Assembly (NCBI GenBank): GCA_951406725.2
Contig: OX597824.1
Location: 75,330,001 to 75,394,000, forward strand
Length of the DNA: 64,000 bases
Source of the DNA: Octopus vulgaris
Lineage: Eukaryota
Reading direction: 5' to 3'
Under the pieces are notes generated by a model. It did no database searches. It had not been told where the DNA came from and saw only the letters and a list, made by a program, of their open reading frames with translations. The position numbers were made by a program, and so were the translations under genes. Positions 1-11,860 of this stretch are shown piece after piece (positions within the stretch are counted from its first letter, which is position 1; every line of letters starts with the position of its first letter).

Positions 1-1089
1 GGCGTCGGATGGATAATAATAAAAAAATAAAAAATAATAGCGGGATACGCCAATAGGTTTTAGTCGAAGAAGGAGTGAAGATACAATAAGGTGTTAAATT
101 AAACATAATAATTTTTAATAATTATGTTTATAGTACTAATTAATAGTATTTATCATAATAAAGAGCTAATCGATTAAATGTATTTTTTTTATTACTAGTA
201 GGTGATTAAGCCCATCAGCCTGTTGTCCAAAGTGAGATAGGTCAAGGTCCAGTGTTCGATATAATTGGTCAGTTAAAATTTAAAACAAAAGACCAGCTTT
301 TGAGATCTTTAAACGGGGTAAGATAAGTAAACGAATGAATGGGAAAATGATATATGTTGTAGGGAGCCCGAAAACGCTTAGGGCAGTATAAAACTCGATT
401 AAAAAATAAATATTATGGAATAAACGAGGCTAATAATAACATTAGAGTCAAGAGAGATACCTATTTGGACGTTTAGGAAATAAGACGGTTGTGGGGTTAG
501 GTGATCCAAAAGTTTTTAAAATAGGACTGTGAAATTGTCTTTACCTATAATTTATGAGCATAACATGCTTGCATATGTATGCCTAGTATAATGGATAGTT
601 TTATCCCTTAGACGGTTATTTTAACCTATTACTCAGCTAACCTTATATATATATATATAAATGTGCATGAATGTATGTGTGTATGTATATATTTAACCAT
701 ACATGTATACATATATTACATTGCTATTTAGTATACGATTTAATTATTGGAGGTTTACTATTAACACCGATACAAATGTACATAGATTTATGTGTTTCTT
801 GTTGCAGTTTAATTTTAAAGGTAGTGCTTAATCCTGCTTATATATAGATTGCATACTGTTCTACATGAGGTAAATGTGCTTGAAATTTTTTCTTTTTTGT
901 TTTTGTTTTGGTATGTTTGTTCCCAAACAACACTTCTTTTATTGCTGTTTCAGGTGTCGAAACCATAATGATATCCGTGGGACAGCTGATGATTGGGTTT
1001 GTTGGATTGTTGGTATGGCTGTTTTTGTATATATGGGATAGTGTTATAACACAACCTTTTGATATATATATATATATATATATATGTTA

Positions 1090-1580
1090 ATAAAATATAT
1101 GCATATATATAAACATATATGTACATACCTACCTCTACATGTACATATACACGCATATATGTGTACAGGACACCAAAAAGACGTCGAACACATAGAGAGA
1201 CGAAAAACATAGACACAAACCAAGGAACAAGACAGGCAAAAAAAAGGAGATACAGGACAATAAGCACAACGAAAAATCCCCTTCTTCAGTCGCTAAAGTT
1301 TCATCTACTAAACGTTTCGAAGGATAAAAGCGAGACGTATACTTCGAAGAAAAATTCCTTCCTGAGAAAAGCAAATCAATTAAAATTCTGAGATCTTTTC
1401 GCAGAGGGGTAAAAAAAGCAAGACGGTAACGACAGTACAAACATATAAACAGTAAAAAATATATATATAAACAGTGGAAAAATAAATATATAACAGTGAG
1501 AGACAGGACAAGGAGAACAAGATAAGAAGGGCTGTTAACGCCAGACGAAAAAAGTATAGCAAACGCTGGATTATAGTGGA
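1090..1580. mobile_element. Dispersed non-coding repeat (family A) flanked by (TA)n; probable non-autonomous Penelope-associated element
   Basis: Homologous blocks (aataaaatatatgcata...gtacaggaca...cccttcttcag...gtttcgaagg) recur at about 57820-58260 and, inverted, at about 38230-38560. Confidence 0.5.
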
Positions 1581-1662
1581 CATATATATATATATATCTT
1601 TACATACTCACACTCACACACACACATATATATATAGTATGTGTGTGTATATATATATATAT

Positions 1663-1743
<81 letters not shown>

Positions 1744-1793
1744 TGTATGTATGTATTTCTTTCTCCGTCTTTCCTGCTTTGGACTTTTTCTAT

Positions 1794-1828
1794 ATTTCTG
1801 ATGAAGAGCTCTGCTCGAAACATGAAAT
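1794..1828 (+). ncRNA. Decayed minimal type I hammerhead motif (family C)
   Basis: ATTT-CTGATGA-A-GAGC tct GCTC-GAAA-CATG-AAAT. The cleavage triplet reads AUG, which is non-cleavable. Same repeat family as 61388. Confidence 0.55.
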
Positions 1829-1995
1829 CCTCTTTCTTTTCTTTCATTTCCTGAGCGTCCAATAACACTGCACTTATTCCACGTCGTCGCGTTGTTGTTT
1901 TTACTTGCTTGTTCATGTTTGGATTGATTGTATATGTACACACATATACACACATACACACAAACACACACATACAAACACACACACTCACGCAC

Positions 1996-2043
<48 letters not shown>

Positions 2044-2679
2044 ACACACATATACTCTTTTACTCTTTTACTTGTTTCAGTCATTTGCGTATGTATATAT
2101 GTGTGCGTATGTATATATTCATACTGCATTTAAATACAGGAGTGTATCCTTGTTTGAATCAATTGAACTAGCTTGCTGGGAGATTATAGAAAATAGCTGG
2201 AAGTTTATAGAAAAGCATTAAATCCATTATGATTTTTTATTTTATTTTGAACTTGTAGTTTTTCCTCTGAAACGTTTGATTCATGAGAAAGCTTTAAGCC
2301 CTATAGGTAGTATTGAAAATGCAGCCGCAAGACAAGAATAACTTCGAAATTATATTCTATTATACATCTATCAATTTTTTTTACACTAACTATTGCTATT
2401 ATTTTTATCGTTATACCAAGAAGAAAACGTGCTGTTCAAAGATATATATATATACAATTGTCAATGAGAAAATATTGGTTTACTGTTCAACGCCCTTTGT
2501 GATTATGTTATTAAAAATTTATTGAAAATATGAGGAAAGAATGATACGTATAGATAGCAAACACTTCAAACAATATTAACTATGGAGCACCATCGAAGAC
2601 ATAATCAATATATATGATATTCTACTATCATACGAATGATAGTAGAATTGGTTGTACTTTAACTATTCTTAACAGTTTG

Positions 2680-2970
2680 GGCGTAACTTCGGTGTAGGTA
2701 TCGGAATTACCGGATATATTTCAAGAGAGTGTTTTTGTTTTATATACATGGGGGTTAGGGTTAGGGTTAGGGTTTAGGTTTGTGTTAGGGTTTGTGCTAG
2801 GGTTAGGGTTAGGGTTTGTGTTAGAGCTAGGGTTTGTGTTAGGGTTTGTGTTAGAGCTAGGGTTTGTGTTAGGGTTAGGGTTAGGGGTGGGAGAAAAGGG
2901 TTTCTGTTATCTTCAGAAATGTAAACAAAGCCACGTCCGGTACTTACGGTACCTATACCGAAGGATCGCC
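2680..2970. mobile_element. MITE with imperfect TIRs, 8-bp TSD and an internal TTAGGG array
   Basis: TIRs GGCGTAACTTCGGTGTAGGTATCGGAATTACCGGA / TCCGGTACTTACGGTACCTATACCGAAGGATCGCC; TSD ACAGTTTG at 2672-2679 and 2971-2978. Confidence 0.85.
2752..2887 (+). repeat. Interstitial telomere-like array (TTAGGG with TTTGTG/CTAGGG variants)
   Basis: Directly visible hexamer-phased repeats inside the MITE. Confidence 0.9.
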
Positions 2971-3166
2971 ACAGTTTGTGCTACATCTTCATTTTTCATC
3001 AGAGAAAAATGCATATTACTGGACTTGATTCTACAGTTCCAATAAACGAAGTACAGTTGCTACTCTACTGAGTTGTATTTTTAAAAAAATCAATTAAGTA
3101 TACTTTATCTAAAATAATCATTCCTCAGTCATTTAAAACAATATTAAAATTTCTATCTATAATATC

Positions 3167-3592
3167 GGATCTTTTCGGTTTGAACGGCAGTTTTTAACAT
3201 AATTTCTAGGTAACTAAAAAATTTTAAACTTCGTATACTGGTAGAATGTCTTTATAAAACATCTTTTTCTCTTGGCTTTATTGAGAAAATTCTATAGTTT
3301 GTAAGATATTTGTTGTTTTTTTCTTCAATTTTTGCAATTTCAACCAATCAATGACGTCTATTGAGGTAAAAAACATTCTGTGCCGTATGAATATGTCCCT
3401 CGTTTAAGAAACAGATTGGGTTTATTTACATTTGTGAAGAAAAAAAGATATCCTTCCCCCCACCCCTAACCCTAACTAACCCTAACCCTAAAACAGATTG
3501 AAATGCAATAGATCGATACTAGGGTCATAATTATAGGTGACAATTTCATATGACACCGTTAGAAAAAACTGCCGTTCAAACTGTAAAGATCC
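3167..3592. mobile_element. MITE with about 29-bp TIRs and internal CCCTAA repeats
   Basis: GGATCTTTTCGGTTTGAACGGCAGTTTTT / AAAAACTGCCGTTCAAACTGTAAAGATCC; flanking direct repeat TAATATC (3160-3166, 3593-3599); cccctaaccctaactaaccctaaccctaaa at about 3463-3493. Confidence 0.85.
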
Positions 3593-3840
3593 TAATATCG
3601 TTCAATAGTTTATCAGTGAATTCTTTTCAAGACTAATATCAATAAGTGTTGTATGGTAGATTAGCGTTTCGACTCCGTTCCCTAGTTTATCTGTGAACTC
3701 TTTTTAAGACTAAAGTAAGTGTTATATATGTGTTAGATTATATCTTTAATATCGTTCCATAGTTTAACAGTTAATTATTTTTGAAGACTAATATAAATGT
3801 GTCTATGTTAAATTTTCTCTTTGCTTTCGTTCCATAATTA
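3593..3840. repeat. Degenerate minisatellite, about 75-bp unit, 3+ copies
   Basis: Recurrent cgttcc(a/c)tagttta...tttt..aagactaa blocks. Confidence 0.6.
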
Positions 3841-4718
3841 CATACATAGACCTTAGCAAAATGATATTCCAGAAGACACATATTCAAAACGCTATTAAAG
3901 CAGGCGCATGTTTCTGCGAGTGTAATGTGTCTGCATGTGAGTGAGTGAGTGAATGAGTGAGTGAGTGAGTGAGTGAGTGAGTGAGTGAGTGAGTGAGTGA
4001 GTGAGAGAGTGAGTGAATGAGCAAGTGCTTATATTTATGTTTGTGTGAGTGTATCTCAAGGAGTATGAGTAAGTGTGTATGCATAAAATTTGTGTGTATG
4101 TGAATGCGTATGAGAGTGGATGTATAAAATGGATGTATAAAATTTATGTACGTGTATGTATGCAGATGTGTGTGTGTGTCTGTGTGTGGAAATATAACGC
4201 ATCAGAAAGATTATTAATAAATTAACGTTGCTAGGTAATTAATTATAATATTGTATTGTACCAAGACTAAATGAGTATTATCCGTATGTGATCTGGTCTA
4301 TCTGTGACGTATCTGAGGAAAATTAATTATAGCAGTGATAAGCAATTAAATTAAATTGAATTCTAGCATTGGCGAAAGGCCACGAATTTATTGTTTGATT
4401 ATTTCATTGTTTCATTCTATTATTCTGTTATTCTTTTATTCTATTATTCTTTTAATGGTTTCATACGTTGTACTACGGCCATGCTGGGACACTACCTTCA
4501 AGAAACATAAGGCTCATAAGAAGGAGTTATAACGAGTGATGGGTGTTTAGAGGATAGGAGGGGGGGGGCGTGATTTTTCGTAGAAATGGAATATTTAAAC
4601 GAGTTACAATATTTTATATTTCAAATGCATTTTCATGTGAATGTGTGTGCGTACGCACGTGTGCACATACATACATAAATACACATATACATGCATATAT
4701 ATGTACGCGCACACACAA

Positions 4719-4758
<40 letters not shown>

Positions 4759-4833
4759 CGCCATGTTGATTCGCTACCCTCTGCACGCATTTTTTTTCTC
4801 TCCTTGTTTCTTTCTGTGTTTCTTTTCTGTGTA

Positions 4834-4871
4834 TCTTTCTGTAGAAGAGCGTAGGCTCGAAACACAAAAGA
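4834..4871 (+). ncRNA. Decayed hammerhead motif
   Basis: TCTTT-CTGTAGA-A-GAGC gtag GCTC-GAAA-CACA-AAAGA. Stems I and II pair; the core (A6U) and cleavage site are mutated. Confidence 0.45.
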
Positions 4872-5099
4872 CTTGTTTTATTTATATTCTTGAGCGCCAT
4901 AATAATACAATTGTTTGTTTGTATTCCACCTGCCTTCGTCTTTTGTTTATTTTCATAAAGCTTCCCGTTATATACATATATATATATATTCACACTAATA
5001 CACACAGAAGTAAGCACATAAGAACAAACAAAGGTGGAAAAAATAGTACTCGAATACCAGAGGTAGAGTAAAGTAATACTTTTGAAAAACCGAAATACT

Positions 5100-5150
5100 T
5101 CACAGGGTATTACGCAGAGTTTCACGTTTTCATTCATCAGAGAGCTGTGA
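5100..5150 (-). ncRNA. Hammerhead motif, partly decayed
   Basis: Minus strand reads TCACAGctct-CTGATGA-ATG aaaa CGT-GAAA-CTC t GCG-TA-ataccCTGTGA. Confidence 0.55.
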
Positions 5151-5170
5151 CTAGCCTACTACATTATCAC

Positions 5171-5212
5171 AACTGTCTGATGAACAGTCACGTGAAACTC
5201 TGAGTAATAGTT
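5171..5212 (+). ncRNA. Minimal type I hammerhead ribozyme with canonical core
   Basis: Stem I AACTGT/ATAGTT; CTGATGA; 2-bp stem II AC/GT; GAAA; stem III ACTC-t-GAGT; GUA cleavage triplet ending at 5206. Confidence 0.75.
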
Positions 5213-5253
5213 TAGGCAGTTTTATCGCCTTTAATAAAATAGTATGTATATGT

Positions 5254-5310
<57 letters not shown>

Positions 5311-5343
5311 TGAGAAAGTTGGTGTGTGAAAGCACGTGGTTGA

Positions 5344-5650
5344 ATATATAGAAAATAGTAAAAAGTGAAAAAACTACAGAAGGCTTGTTATAAAGGGTTA
5401 AAAAATATATATTTGAGTCATTATGTCAGAAGAATGTTATAAATTACTTTACTCTACCTCTGGTATTCGAGTACTATAATGTAAGAAATTTGAAAAGCTG
5501 AACGCGAAACCGGTCATTTCTTCAAAAACTATGTCATTGTATGAAAAAAATTTATAACATTCTTCTGACATAATGACTCAAATATATATATTTTTAACCT
5601 TTTAAAACAAGCCTTCTGTAGATTTTTCACTTTTTACTATTTTCTATATA
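5344..5650. repeat. About 100-bp inverted repeat pair (5344-5445 / 5549-5650) between (TA)n tracts
   Basis: The arms are near-perfect reverse complements (gaaaatagtaaaaagtgaaa...agaatgttataaatt). Confidence 0.9.
5483..5522 (+). ncRNA. Minimal type I hammerhead, U3-A8 core variant
   Basis: AAGAAAT-TTGAAAA-GC tgaac GC-GAAA-CCGG-TC-ATTTCTT: 7-bp stem I, palindromic stem III ACCGGT, GUC triplet. Confidence 0.7.
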
Positions 5651-5716
5651 TATATATACACACATACATAATAAACATACATGTATATGTGTGTGTGTAT
5701 ATGTATTATGTATCTG

Positions 5717-5748
<32 letters not shown>

Positions 5749-6261
5749 TGTATGTATGTATGTATGTATATATATATATATACATACATACATACATATA
5801 CATACATATATATATATAGATACATACATATATATATATATAAGTGTGTATCTGTATATGTATACAACTAACTTTTGGTGGATTAAAATGTAAATACATT
5901 AGTGAGAAGAAACATGACTATTGATGCAGCAGCATAATTTCATTATATAATCTCCGCCTTCTCTAGTAGTTTCTATAAAACTTTAACATAGGAGGCACTC
6001 GTCCATGCAAAATCTAAAGAGAGGTACATGGTGGATAGAATAATAAATTACTGTGCAAAACTAGCTTGTATTTGATTTGAAAAGTATGTTTTCTTTTTTA
6101 TATAAATAGAATATGAGGAGGGGCATTTGTAAAATATTATTCCAAAGGGGAGCCCGAATTATAAAAGGATGAAAACCAACAGCTTAAATCTTAGGTGATT
6201 AGGTAGTGGGCTGAGACGATAACCAGAATAGCCAATCTTACTGCAGACCTTTAAAACTGGC

Positions 6262-6575
6262 GCTCCGTCGGTTATTACAAGTGTTCCAGTCGATCCAATC
6301 AACGGAACAGCCTGCTGTGAAATTAACGTGTAAGTGACTGAGCACTCCACAGACACGCGTACCCTTAACGAAGTTCTCAGGGAGATTCAGCGTGACACAG
6401 AATGTGACATGGTTGGTTCCTTGAAATACAAGTACAACTCGTTTTTGCCAGCTGAGTGAATTGGAGCAACGTGAAATAATGTGCCTTGCTCAAGGACACA
6501 ATACACTGCCGGTTTTCGAACTCGTGATCTTGCAATCGTGAACCTAATACTCTAACCAATAAGCTGCGCACCTCC
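6262..6575 (-). mobile_element. tRNA-derived SINE (V-domain-like middle joined to the tail of the 15168 family)
   Basis: A/B-box-like head at the right end. The middle matches 34010-34060; the tail matches 15400-15545. Confidence 0.7.
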
Positions 6576-6831
6576 GTTTGTCTTCCTTTCTTCATGTTTC
6601 CCCCAAAGCTTGTCTCTGATTGAGTTATGACCTTGAAGATCGCCAAGGTCGACTTTGCCTTTCATCCTTTTGGAGTCGAGGAAATAAGTACCAATTACGT
6701 CCTGGGTCGATGTAATCGACTAGCACCCTCCCACAAAAATTCATGCCTTGTGCCTATATTAGAAAGGATTATTTTGAGTGTTATTGGTCCGTCACAGAAC
6801 TTCTTCATCTTCCTTCATCTTCCCTAAATAT

Positions 6832-7617
6832 CTATTTCTTTATTGCCCACAAGGGACTAAACATAGGGGGGACTAGTAAGGACAGACAAAGGGATTAAAT
6901 CGATTACATTGATCCCAGTGCTTAACTGGTACTTATTAAATCGACCCCGAAAGGATGAAAGGCAAAGTCGACCTCGGCGGAATTTGAACTCAGAACGTAA
7001 CGGCAGGCGAAATACCTATTTCTTTACTGCCCACAAGGGGCTACACACAGAGGGGACAAACAAGGACAGATAAACGGATTAAGTCGATTATATTGCCCCC
7101 AATGCGTAACTGGTACTTAATTTATCAACCCCGAAAGGATGAAAGGCAAAGTCGACCTCGGCGGAAATTTGAACTCAGAACGTAACGGCAGGCGAAATAC
7201 CTATTTCTTTACTGCCCACAAGGGGCTACACACAGAGGGGACAAACAAGGACAGATAAACGGATTAAGTCGATTATATCGCCCCAATGCGTAACTGGTAC
7301 TTAATTTATCGACCCCGAAAGGATGAAAGGCAAAGTCGACCTCGGCGGAATTTGAACTCAGAACGTAACGGCAGGCGAAATACCTATTTCTTTACTGCCC
7401 ACAAGGGGCTACACACAGAGGGGACAAACAAGGACAGACAAACAGATTAAGTCGATTATATCGCCCCCAATGCGTAACTGGTACTTAATTTATCGACCCC
7501 GAAAGGATGAAAGGCAAAGTCGACCTCGGCGGAATTTGAACTCAGAGCGTAACGGCAGACGAAATACGGCTACGCATTTCGCCCGGCGTGCTAACGTTTC
7601 TGCCAGCTCGCCGCCTT
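6832..7617 (-). mobile_element. SINE with one head and four tandem body units of about 184 bp
   Basis: Head aaggcggcgagctggcagaaacgttagc; units with gccgaggtcgactttgcctttcatcctttcggggtcgat; junctions at 7009, 7194 and 7377. A monomer lies at 59773. Confidence 0.9.
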
Positions 7618-7885
7618 CTATAAAATAAATATTACTTCAGCATGGAAGACTGCATCGTTGTAAGACTTTGCGTTATTTTAGAAAATATGAATATCATGAT
7701 AGTGTTGTTCAGAAGTTCACTGCGCAACGACGGGATTACGGGTTCAATCCCATTCTTCTGTACTTTGGGCAAGTGCCTTCTGCAATAACTTCAAACACAA
7801 CAATGTCCTCCTTGTGAATTTGGAATACGGAAACTGTGCGAAAACTGGATGTATATGTACATGTTTAGGTGTGTGCTTGTGCATT

Positions 7886-7887
<2 letters not shown>

Positions 7888-7938
<51 letters not shown>

Positions 7939-8094
7939 GAATGCATACGTGTGCGCGTGCGTGTGTGCGTGAAAAAGAAGAAGAGGAAGAAGTAGAAAAA
8001 GAAGAAATAGTAGAAGAAGAAAAAAAAGAAGAAGGAGAAGAAAAAGAAGTAGTAGTAGTAGAAGAAGAAGAAGAAGAAGAAGAAGAAGAAGAAG

Positions 8095-8125
<31 letters not shown>

Positions 8126-8126
8126 G

Positions 8127-8162
<36 letters not shown>
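7888..8162. repeat. Compound (TG)n/(GAA)n microsatellite
   Basis: Directly visible. Confidence 0.95.
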
Positions 8163-8164
<2 letters not shown>

Positions 8165-9189
8165 TTTTTGCGTATACCGGTGTAATTCATTGCCTGAAGT
8201 CACTTAGCCATTCGATAAATATGAATCAATGGAATAAATGTCAGACCGAAACAATTACTGGGATTCGACACGATCGATTAAAAAAAGAAAACAAACACAA
8301 CACGAACTCCCCCTCCCTCCTCCCTCCATCCGAAAATAAAAAAAAAACTTTAGAAAGCGGTTCCCCAGCATGGTCGAATTCCAATGAGTGAAGCCAACAA
8401 CATAAAAGAATAAAACAGTTTTCGTTTATTGTTATAAAGGTCAAATGTTTATTATTTCCATCTTCTGTGCAGTCAATCATTTAACTAAGCTAGCCATTCA
8501 CGTATAATCTTCTTAAGGTCAGTCTAAGAGAGTTTCAGAGTTTAAAAAAAAAAAACAAAGAAGAAAATGACCCCCCCCCCACCTCTTTTCTATCGAAGAC
8601 ACCAGTCAATAACCAATAACATTTTTTTTTTCTTTTCGTTGTCTTTTGGATTATATAGAAACTAATTCCTGGTTTTTAACCATTTTGTTTGTTTTATTTG
8701 TTATTTTGTTTTTTTTTTGGTTTATTTTATCGTGTTTCTTTTTTTTTAAAATTTTATTTTTTAAACGCAGTAACAAGTAAAAAGAAGAAAAAAAAGATAC
8801 TCTACACTTCTCTCTAACAAGATATCGACAGAAAAAGAAAAGAAGAGAGAGAGGTTGGGGAGCAAGGAGAGGGGGTTAATGTGGGAGACATGAAGGGGGA
8901 GAAGGACAGAAAAGGAGAGAAAGAGCGAGTGTGCGTGAAAGAGAGAGAGAGAGAGAGGGAGAGAGAGGAGCGAATACTTGTTTCTAGCATGGTCACAGAG
9001 CCTAAAAGTTATTGGTGTGAGGATAGTATTCAACTATATCGTTTCCAGTACTTGGGTGGAACCTCGAAGGGGTGAAAGGCAAGGTAGATCTCAGAAGGAT
9101 TGGAACTTAGAACCGAACCTAAGGGGCCAAAGTGAGAGAGAGGAGAGCGTGAGAGAGGGAGAGAGAGGGGAGAGAGAAAGAGAGAGGGA

Positions 9190-9568
9190 GAGAAGAAGAA
9201 GAAGGAGAAGGAGAAGAAGAAGAAGAAGAAGAAGAAGAAGAAGAAGAAGAAGAAGAAGAAGAAGAAGAAGAAGAAGAAGAAGAAGAAGAAATAGGTGGGC
9301 ATTTTCCTTTTTGTGTCTGTCTGTCTGTCTCTCTCTGTCTTTTACTTTTGCGAAGGTTCGTAGCAGATCTGAAGGAATATTTAATATGAGGGTAGTTGGT
9401 TCCAGATTTTGATTGTTTATGCAGCAGTAGCTGAGGAGGAGGAGGAGGAGGAGGAAGAGGAGGAAGAGGAGGAGGAGGAGGAGGAAGAAGAAGAAGAAGA
9501 AGAAGAAGAAGAAGAAGAAGAAGAAGAAGAAGAAGAAGAAGAAGAAGAAGAAGAAGAAGAAGAAGAAG

Positions 9569-9598
<30 letters not shown>
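9190..9598. repeat. (GAA)n and (GAG)n microsatellites
   Basis: Directly visible; these explain the poly-E/R/L ORFs. Confidence 0.95.
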
Positions 9599-9599
<1 letters not shown>

Positions 9600-9904
9600 G
9601 ATTGTTTCTGATGGAAGCTCAAAGCCCGAAATTTATCGACCTCGAAGGGAAGAATGGAAAAGTTGGTCTCCACAGGATTTGAACACAGAACGTAAATGCA
9701 GTGTTTAGCGTATGTCATAAACAGGTCAGGAGATTTTCCTGGCCATAAATTGCGATGTTATCGGTTCATGAAACGCAAAGCATTGTTAGGAGAACCAAAG
9801 CAAAAACTGGTCTCGAAGAAAGCTCGTTGAAGCTGACATGAAAATTTGTGCTTTTCACAAATAAATTATATTGTACGGTTTCTTTTAGAAGTGTCTCAGA
9901 TCAC

Positions 9905-10060
9905 AGGCGTGGCTGTGTGGTAAGAAGCTTGCTTCCCAATCACATGGTTCCGAGTTCAGTCCCACTACGTGGCATCTTGGGCAAGTGTCTTCTGCTATAG
10001 TTGCGAGCCGACCAAAGCCTTGTGTGGATTTGGTAGAGGTAAACTGAAGAAAGCCCGTCG
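9905..10060 (+). mobile_element. CORE-type SINE, 5' half
   Basis: ggcgtggctgtgtggtaag...ggttccgagttcagtccc...cttgggcaagtgtcttc, matching the full copies at 50336 and 55390. Confidence 0.8.
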
Positions 10061-10099
10061 GGCGCGCGCGTGTGTATGTGTATATATATATATATATAT

Positions 10100-10320
10100 A
10101 TCACCGTCACCGTGATTACCGTGACCGAGCAGGCTCTCAGATGCTGCTTCACATCGCTGGTCACAATGCGCTTCGCATTGTTTTAGCCTTCAAATGACGT
10201 CACCCCTCTGGCTAAGCGAGACGGCCAACAGAAGAAAGAATGAGAGAAAGTTGTGGCAAAGGAGTACAGCAGGGATCGCCACCACCTCCTGCCGGAACCT
10301 CGTGGAGCTTTAGGTGTTTA
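10100..10320 (-). mobile_element. SINE fragment, same variant as 54945-55256
   Basis: Shares the catcgctggtcacaatgcgcttcgcattgttttagccttcaaatga block. Confidence 0.75.
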
Positions 10321-10324
10321 GGTG

Positions 10325-10451
10325 TTTGATGGATATTTGTCCACATCTTGTCTGTTGTTAACACATTTCGGCTGATATACACTCCAGCCTTCATCAGGTG
10401 TCTTGGGGAAGTTTCGAACCTGGGTTCTTATTCCTAAGGTATTTTTCGATG

Positions 10452-10455
<4 letters not shown>
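10325..10455 (-). mobile_element. Short repeat (family E) with a hammerhead-like core lacking stem III
   Basis: Inverted copy of 11192-11335; GACAC-CTGATGA-A-GGCTG..CAGCC-GAAAT-GTGTT. Confidence 0.65.
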
Positions 10456-10532
<77 letters not shown>

Positions 10533-10534
<2 letters not shown>

Positions 10535-11066
10535 TTCCTTCTTTCTTCAATTTTTCTTCCGTTTCTCGCCGAATGTTTTCCGTACACCTAGGGCAGAGAA
10601 GCTCATTGTATGCATTCCCAGATTACACATGCAAATTCACAGGTAAAATATGTATTAAAATAAATAAATAAATAGATAATTAAATTCATGAATGGATGTG
10701 GTTTTCACAGCGATAATGCTCTTCTCAGTACATGAGTCGTTCCAGTTAACACGATTTTTTGCACTTGCTGTAGGGATGGTAAGCCTGGTATCATTTTCAA
10801 ATAGGTTTCAGTACCTTTTTTTTTTTATCATTATTAGAGATCCTACGATCACTGGTAATGTAGTCACCTTGAGATACCACATTTTTTCAATTTTTATTAG
10901 CAAGTCTTTATATTTACTGATCTCGTCAAATTCTTTCGCTGCAATATTGTGATCGCAAGGAATACTCATGTCAATTAATAAACTCACCTTTTTTTGTCTG
11001 ATCTTTTATAATAATATCCGGTTTATTGGCTTTTATAGTTTTGTCGGTATGTAACGGGGAATCGAT
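10533..11066 (-). mobile_element. R4/Dong-like non-LTR retrotransposon 3' fragment (restriction-like endonuclease) between (TAA)n tracts
   Basis: Frameshifted translation HTDKTIKANKPDIII...IDMSIPCDHNIAAKEFDEISKYKDLLIKIEKMW...PVIVGSL...VQKIVLTGTTHVLRRAL*, a PD..D RLE motif. Confidence 0.8.
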
Positions 11067-11082
11067 ATTATTATTATTATTA

Positions 11083-11335
<253 letters not shown>

Positions 11336-11690
11336 ATAATGTACATAATTCCTCATCTCTATTTACGGTACTTTATCTGGATGTTTTGAGCGCTTTTGTA
11401 TTTTGAACAATATATACCAATTACTAAAGTATGAAGTGATTTTTTCAAGTATCGTCTGTAGATTTTTTTCTCCAAAAACTTTGTCCTTAAATTAAGGAAA
11501 ATACGATACTAACACACACACACGCGCGCGCACGCACACACACACTCACATACGCACACGAATCACTCAAGGCACATCGTGATTCGTCCATTGGAGGCAT
11601 TTCATCGTTGAGAGTGCTCAACAGCTAATTGGAAATTAGTCGTGACTATATCTGTGTGAAAATAAATGAACGGAAACAAATATGTATTAG

Positions 11691-11776
<86 letters not shown>

Positions 11777-11860
11777 ACAGTTGGAGCGTGGGAAGTGTTT
11801 GCAAGCCATTTAAAAACACATAAAAACCATTAGATTCACTTCAACATTTAAATTAAATTA

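Noticed and set aside
1-560. Possible degenerate Penelope RT (FGLP..., *PIISNTGP on the minus strand) or a mitochondrial insertion
   Set aside because: The motifs are short, in different frames and unsupported by downstream RT motifs; no mitochondrial gene was recognisable.
1576-2221. Overlapping ORFs with HT/CV/YI repeats, and many similar ones across the window
   Set aside because: Translations of (CA)n, (TA)n and (TACA)n microsatellites.
4200-4420. TAAT-rich unique stretch as a possible enhancer
   Set aside because: Expected in AT-rich DNA; conservation cannot be assessed here.
6832-7560. Tandem array as a CRISPR-like locus
   Set aside because: Units are near-identical along their whole length, with no unique spacers, and the context is eukaryotic.
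8978-9718. Poly-R, poly-E and poly-L/P ORFs
   Set aside because: (GAA)n and (GAG)n microsatellites.
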